This document shows, piece after piece, positions 60,120 through 64,000 of a DNA stretch of 64,000 nt. Both the position numbers and the translations under genes were made by a program. Under the pieces are notes generated by a model. The model searched no databases. It saw nothing but the letters and a program-made list of their open reading frames with translations, and was not told where the DNA came from. The DNA is taken from positions 6,218-70,217 of IMG/VR virus record IMGVR_UViG_3300021442_000581; one strand, written 5' to 3'. The stretch comes from a virus. Position 1 is the stretch's first letter. Each line of letters opens with the position of its first letter.

Positions 60120-60152
60120 CATGTACTTATACCGGTTTTTACGTGTATATTC
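60120..60152 (+). promoter_or_regulatory. Phage promoter CATGTAC-N19-TATATTC (copy 5)
   Basis: CATGTACTTATACCGGTTTTTACGTGTATATTC. Confidence 0.78.
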
Positions 60153-60194
60153 TTATAGAACAAATGACTAAATAATAAGCAACTAGAGGTTACC

Positions 60195-61352
60195 ATGACA
60201 AACAACATTATAGTAAAAATTGAATCTGTTTCAGCTACTCGTACCAGGGCCGTAGCGGCCGATGGCACGGATTACTCAGCTGAGATGCCTTCATACAAGC
60301 GTAAACAGATCTTAGCCGAGACCGGTTATGCTGTTCGCAAGGAAGGTAGCACTGGAAGAGTCTTCTGGCGTCCAGTGTCTGAAGCTGACTACAACGCTAC
60401 AAGAGCTGTGGAGACTACGGTTGATGATACTCCCTCGGATCATAAGGAGATTACCAACTATATTCACACATCTTATAAACTTAAGCCTCGCGGCCTGATG
60501 ATGAACGAGATCAAGTGGAAGTATCTCGTCAGGTCTGCCGTAAGAGGTAAGAACATTATGATGACAGGTCCCGCCGGGTGTGGTAAGACTATGGCTGCTA
60601 AAGCTTTAGTCACGTCTCTCGACAGACCTGATTTCTACTTTAACATGGGTTCTACACAGGATCCTAGAGCTTCCCTCATCGGGAACACCCATTTCAATAA
60701 AGAGACGGGTACCTACTTCTCAGAGGCCCTCTTCGTGAAGGCTATCCAAACTGAGAATGCAGTGATACTTTTAGACGAGTTATCCAGAGCTCACCCAGAC
60801 GCATGGAATATTCTAATGACGGTCCTCGACGAAGGACAGCGTTACCTTAGACTGGATGAAGCAGAGGGTCAGTCTACGATCGAAGTGGCAAAGGGTGTCA
60901 CATTCATCGCAACAGCTAACATTGGTAACGAGTATACCGCAACTCGAGTAATGGATCGGGCGTTAGTTGACAGGTTCACCCAAATTGAAATGGATGTACT
61001 TAACCAGGATGATGAGACAACGCTCTTAACAATGATTTATCCAAACGTCAAGGAAGACCTTATTGGTAACGTTGCCGAGTTTGCGTGGGTAACCAGAGTA
61101 GAGGCTGGTAACGACGAAGGTAAGCTCAGCACCCATATATCCACTAGGTCAACCGTAGAGATTGCAGGGTTGCTGTACGACGGGTTCAGCCTAGCCGAGG
61201 CAGCAGAGGTAGCAGTACTACCCAAGTTCGACAACGCTGGTGGCCTCGAGTCAGAGAGAACCTTCGTAAAGCAGTTACTGCAGAAGTACACCGCAGACGG
61301 ATCTGCCGAAGAGCTGTTCGCGGACGCAGACGAAGAGGAGTTAGACAATTAA
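60195..61352 (+). CDS. MoxR/CbbQ/CobS-like AAA+ ATPase
   Basis: GPAGCGKT, ILLDELSRA, FIATAN, DRALVDRF, ISTR. Confidence 0.9.
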   Translation: MTNNIIVKIESVSATRTRAVAADGTDYSAEMPSYKRKQILAETGYAVRKEGSTGRVFWRPVSEADYNATRAVETTVDDTPSDHKEITNYIHTSYKLKPRGLMMNEIKWKYLVRSAVRGKNIMMTGPAGCGKTMAAKALVTSLDRPDFYFNMGSTQDPRASLIGNTHFNKETGTYFSEALFVKAIQTENAVILLDELSRAHPDAWNILMTVLDEGQRYLRLDEAEGQSTIEVAKGVTFIATANIGNEYTATRVMDRALVDRFTQIEMDVLNQDDETTLLTMIYPNVKEDLIGNVAEFAWVTRVEAGNDEGKLSTHISTRSTVEIAGLLYDGFSLAEAAEVAVLPKFDNAGGLESERTFVKQLLQKYTADGSAEELFADADEEELDN

Positions 61353-61420
61353 TGTGTGTAGCTGGTAACCTCACACTGGGAGCGACGGGTGGTAGCGATG
61401 CCACCCCAGCTCTGCACACA
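61353..61420 (+). ncRNA. Structured RNA candidate (multi-stem, GNRA loop)
   Basis: TGTGTGT-AGCTGG/CCAGCT-CT-GCACACA closing stem; GGGTGGTA-GCGA-TGCCACCC. Confidence 0.5.
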
Positions 61421-61536
61421 GACCGGGTGCCCGGCGGAAATCGGAAACGATTATCGTTTTTTTTCTGGCGCCCAATCAATATTACCACCACTAAGGTTTT
61501 GAACCCCAAAGGTAATATATACAACAACCATATAAT

Positions 61537-61637
61537 ATGGGGTGGCAGCAGAATGGTCGCTAAGAATTCAAGTCCCGGTCAGGAGGAGGGAGGAAGAGGA
61601 ATAACTGTCCCAGTTCCCTCCTCGCCGGGCAACCCAT
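61537..61637 (+). ncRNA. Structured rod-like RNA candidate
   Basis: GAGGAGGGA(61583-91)/TCCCTCCTC(61615-23); CCCGGT/GCCGGG; ATGGG/CCCAT; TATAAT at 61531-36. Confidence 0.5.
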
Positions 61638-61653
61638 TATTTTGTAACTCAAT

Positions 61654-61716
61654 TGGGAGTCCAGTCGACCGGTCAGATATGGAAGGTTCGAGTCCTTTGC
61701 AATTGTGTCCATCCCA
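61654..61716 (+). ncRNA. tRNA-like element with T-arm only
   Basis: AAGG-TTCGAGT-CCTT T-arm inside a TGGGA/TCCCA closing stem; no standard cloverleaf. Confidence 0.45.
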
Positions 61717-61828
61717 CAACGCTCGCCGCTTGGATGGCTCTGTTGAGTGCGGTGAGTGATATGACTGAGTTTGAATCGGTAGCTTGTAAGGTTTTGGGAA
61801 TCGTTATATTCCTGTTGTTAGTTATACT

Positions 61829-62350
61829 GTGGGTACAGCTCTGAAGGTAACTAATGTAGTAGGACCTGAGAGACGTAAGTCTAAGGCTAGGCTCAAGAGA
61901 GTTGCTCAGTTGACTAAACCTATGGCTAGACCCAAGTACATGACCAATAACGTAGCCGAAGTTACTAGACCGTATTGGAACCAGCCTATCAGTGGTATCT
62001 GTTACGATACTGTTTGGGAACTGGCCGAAGCTATTATACCTGGGGTGTACTGTCATGATAAGCTTAGTAAGCGGAATTTTTACAAGATGAGTAGGGAACA
62101 GAACTTTCATTTACGGAGCCTTGACAAGTTAGAGCTTAGGATGCTTGATTGGGCCAGACATGTGGATTATAACCAGGCGGATCCTGAGTTCCGTGAGTTT
62201 GCTGAGGACGTGGATTACGTACAGCACGGGCAGAAACTGCTCTTTAAGAGAGCTGTGCAAATCTTCTCTAAGGTGGACAAGCAGAAGTGTAACGAGCTGT
62301 ACAAGAAGTACTGGCTCCCAATAAAGGTACATCACAGTTATACTAAATGA
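61829..62350 (+). CDS. Hypothetical protein
   Basis: 173-aa ORF coupled to the next gene. Confidence 0.6.
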   Translation: MGTALKVTNVVGPERRKSKARLKRVAQLTKPMARPKYMTNNVAEVTRPYWNQPISGICYDTVWELAEAIIPGVYCHDKLSKRNFYKMSREQNFHLRSLDKLELRMLDWARHVDYNQADPEFREFAEDVDYVQHGQKLLFKRAVQIFSKVDKQKCNELYKKYWLPIKVHHSYTK

Positions 62351-62739
62351 AGCTATCAGAATACTGTATGCTCCCAGAGGAGGAGAGAATTAAGATGAGT
62401 CAACGCTTGGCGTTTCACGAGCTACTGGATGGTAACAAGTTTGAAGGTACTTCCCAAACTACCCAGCAAGGTGAGAAGACTAAGAAGCTTATCCTTAGGA
62501 TCATTAAGTGGGGTGAGGTCAATAGAGTTCGTAGAGCTCAGTTTGATTACCTACTATCTGACGCCTTCAAGGAAGATTTACATAGGGCCGTTGTCATAGA
62601 TGGACTGGCCAACACACAAGCTGGTATCTCCAGGGTTGAGAAGAAGGAAGCTAACGAGCTGTGGAACAAGTATGCTAGGAATAACAGACATACATGGCAA
62701 TCTAGTATAGATGCCGAGGGGATAACACGCAAATTTTAA
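62347..62739 (+). CDS. Hypothetical protein
   Basis: 130 aa; C-terminal KKEANELWNKY resembles the upstream protein's KQKCNELYKKY. Confidence 0.6.
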   Translation: MKLSEYCMLPEEERIKMSQRLAFHELLDGNKFEGTSQTTQQGEKTKKLILRIIKWGEVNRVRRAQFDYLLSDAFKEDLHRAVVIDGLANTQAGISRVEKKEANELWNKYARNNRHTWQSSIDAEGITRKF

Positions 62740-62799
62740 ACGAAGATATATCGCATTTTGAAACATTTACTTGATATATATTACTAACAAGAGGTTATT

Positions 62800-62997
62800 A
62801 TGAAAGAACGACTACTCTACTGGTTACATCGTTACGTGAAGCGATTACCATTTTTACCACCCCTTAGTTATGGTTTTTGGGCAAGCTTAGCCTGTCCAGG
62901 TAAGGAACCATTACATTTCCACCATGACGGCTGTCCACATTGTGATTGGTCAGACAGTCGAGGTGACTACGCTGGGAGGGTATCATGGCACGTGTAA
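62800..62997 (+). CDS. Small Cys/His-motif protein
   Basis: GAGG RBS; CP..EPLHFHHDGCPHC. Confidence 0.55.
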   Translation: MKERLLYWLHRYVKRLPFLPPLSYGFWASLACPGKEPLHFHHDGCPHCDWSDSRGDYAGRVSWHV

Positions 62998-64000
62998 TTA
63001 CAGGACCAGCAACAAACATTACAAAACATCCTAAGAGCCACGTCCGAGGGTGGTCCTTGGGCTGGGCTGAATTACTAGGTGCTGACATAGACGAGACGTG
63101 TTCGGCAGATATTTACGATTACGACGAGATATACCTAGACCATGGAGTTAATTGGGCAGGAAGCCTTAACTTATTTGCAGGTGCTACGGACTCGGTGTTC
63201 GAAAGGTTTGATAGACTTATGCAGTTTCACTACGAGTACGGTAAGATAGCGTCTCTCGACTGGGAGATGCCTGATTACGGGAACTTCCTTATGAAGAGAT
63301 TGAAGGCACCCACCACATCAGATCATATTACGCCAGCTTGGTGTTCTAGGTTATCGGAGGTGTGTAAGGCTATAAAGCATATTAAGCAAACCGATTTAGG
63401 AGTGGAATGGTTATCGTGGGGCGACAGTCATACACCCGCATTCGCACCGAAGGGGAGCGCTGTGTCTAAGTTGGACGGGCGAACCTTGTACGGTGTAATA
63501 AAGGATAACACGCTTGACAAGATTGAGGTTGACGATCGTATCAAGGGCATCACACTGTGCCTTGGTCACATCGACGTGAGACATCACCTGTGTCGGCCTG
63601 AAAGCATTTCGGTTAAGGAGTTATGTGAGGAGTACTTAATAGCGTGCCGTAAACTGCGTGACCGTTTGAATTATTCTCTCACGCGATCCGTTCATATTGA
63701 GGTGGTGGCGCCGGTTCCCATCGAGCACGAAGATAGAAAGATACCAAAGACAGGTTACTTTAAGAAGACACCGTTCTACGGGTCTAGGGAAGAGAGACAA
63801 GCGAAGACACTAGACATTATGAATTGCTTGATAGGGGGAGAATTTCCGGTTATATCACCACCGGGTTACAGGTACAGTATGGATGGAGAAGAGTATGCTA
63901 AAGAGTATATGGAACTAGGTGGTTCAGTACACATGGCTCCGCCTTACTACAGACGTTACGATAAGGAAGAGTGGAAGAATATTAATGTCAAAACCAGATA
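62985..64000 (+). CDS. SGNH/GDSL-like phage protein (truncated by window end)
   Basis: ATG 62985 after GGGAGG; open to the end; SHVRGW, DHGVN..GSLNLF, WGDSHT, LGHIDVRHH, SVHMAP; absent from the ORF track because it has no stop. Confidence 0.7.
   Translation, partial: MARVITGPATNITKHPKSHVRGWSLGWAELLGADIDETCSADIYDYDEIYLDHGVNWAGSLNLFAGATDSVFERFDRLMQFHYEYGKIASLDWEMPDYGNFLMKRLKAPTTSDHITPAWCSRLSEVCKAIKHIKQTDLGVEWLSWGDSHTPAFAPKGSAVSKLDGRTLYGVIKDNTLDKIEVDDRIKGITLCLGHIDVRHHLCRPESISVKELCEEYLIACRKLRDRLNYSLTRSVHIEVVAPVPIEHEDRKIPKTGYFKKTPFYGSREERQAKTLDIMNCLIGGEFPVISPPGYRYSMDGEEYAKEYMELGGSVHMAPPYYRRYDKEEWKNINVKTR

Noticed and set aside
61539-61637. Possible tRNA-Sec (TTCAA loop at ~61566-70)
   Set aside because: Flanks of the putative UCA anticodon do not pair, and there is no T-arm or long acceptor stem in register
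61352-61759. 135-aa ORF
   Set aside because: Atypical composition, no RBS, and it overlaps strong RNA stems and a T-run terminator; probably spurious
420-63088. Numerous short antisense and alternate-frame ORFs in the track
   Set aside because: They are shadows of well-supported + strand genes, with no motifs or RBS
1-64000. Genome-wide stop-codon reassignment (UGA=Trp/Gly or UAG=Gln)
   Set aside because: Long genes are intact under code 11 and many end in TGA or TAG with coupled downstream starts; only two TGAs fall at redox-motif positions

Overview
This is a 64-kb segment of a large, AT-rich, lytic-type tailed dsDNA phage with T4-like replication genes; almost all genes lie on the + strand. 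It contains: a replication module (PolA-like C-terminus, gp32-like SSB, RecA/UvsX, 5'-3' exonuclease, DnaB helicase, PolB); nucleotide metabolism and modification genes (class II RNR, a dCMP-type thymidylate-synthase homolog, dUTPase, DUF1599, MBD4-like glycosylase); a ~24-kb glycan biosynthesis island; 4 tRNAs; a vWA/AAA pair; and host-envelope genes (TonB-dependent receptor, two type IV pilins behind a sigma54 promoter, lipoprotein, lipase). Main signals missed by the ORF track: (i) two genes with in-frame UGA at redox motifs (SelW-like CxxU at 4167-4445; exported thioredoxin-fold UxxC + TSP3 + dockerin at 58141-59025), each followed by a SECIS-like hairpin, i.e. probable phage-encoded selenoproteins; (ii) a ~450-nt densely base-paired noncoding RNA candidate (4527-4979); (iii) an H-type pseudoknot leader before the TonB receptor; (iv) a five-copy CATGTAC-N19-TATATTC promoter; (v) a cluster of structured RNAs at 61.35-61.72 kb. 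The host is inferred, not shown, to be a Sec-using marine diderm such as Marinimicrobia/FCB. All protein calls come from motif recognition; no database search was run.
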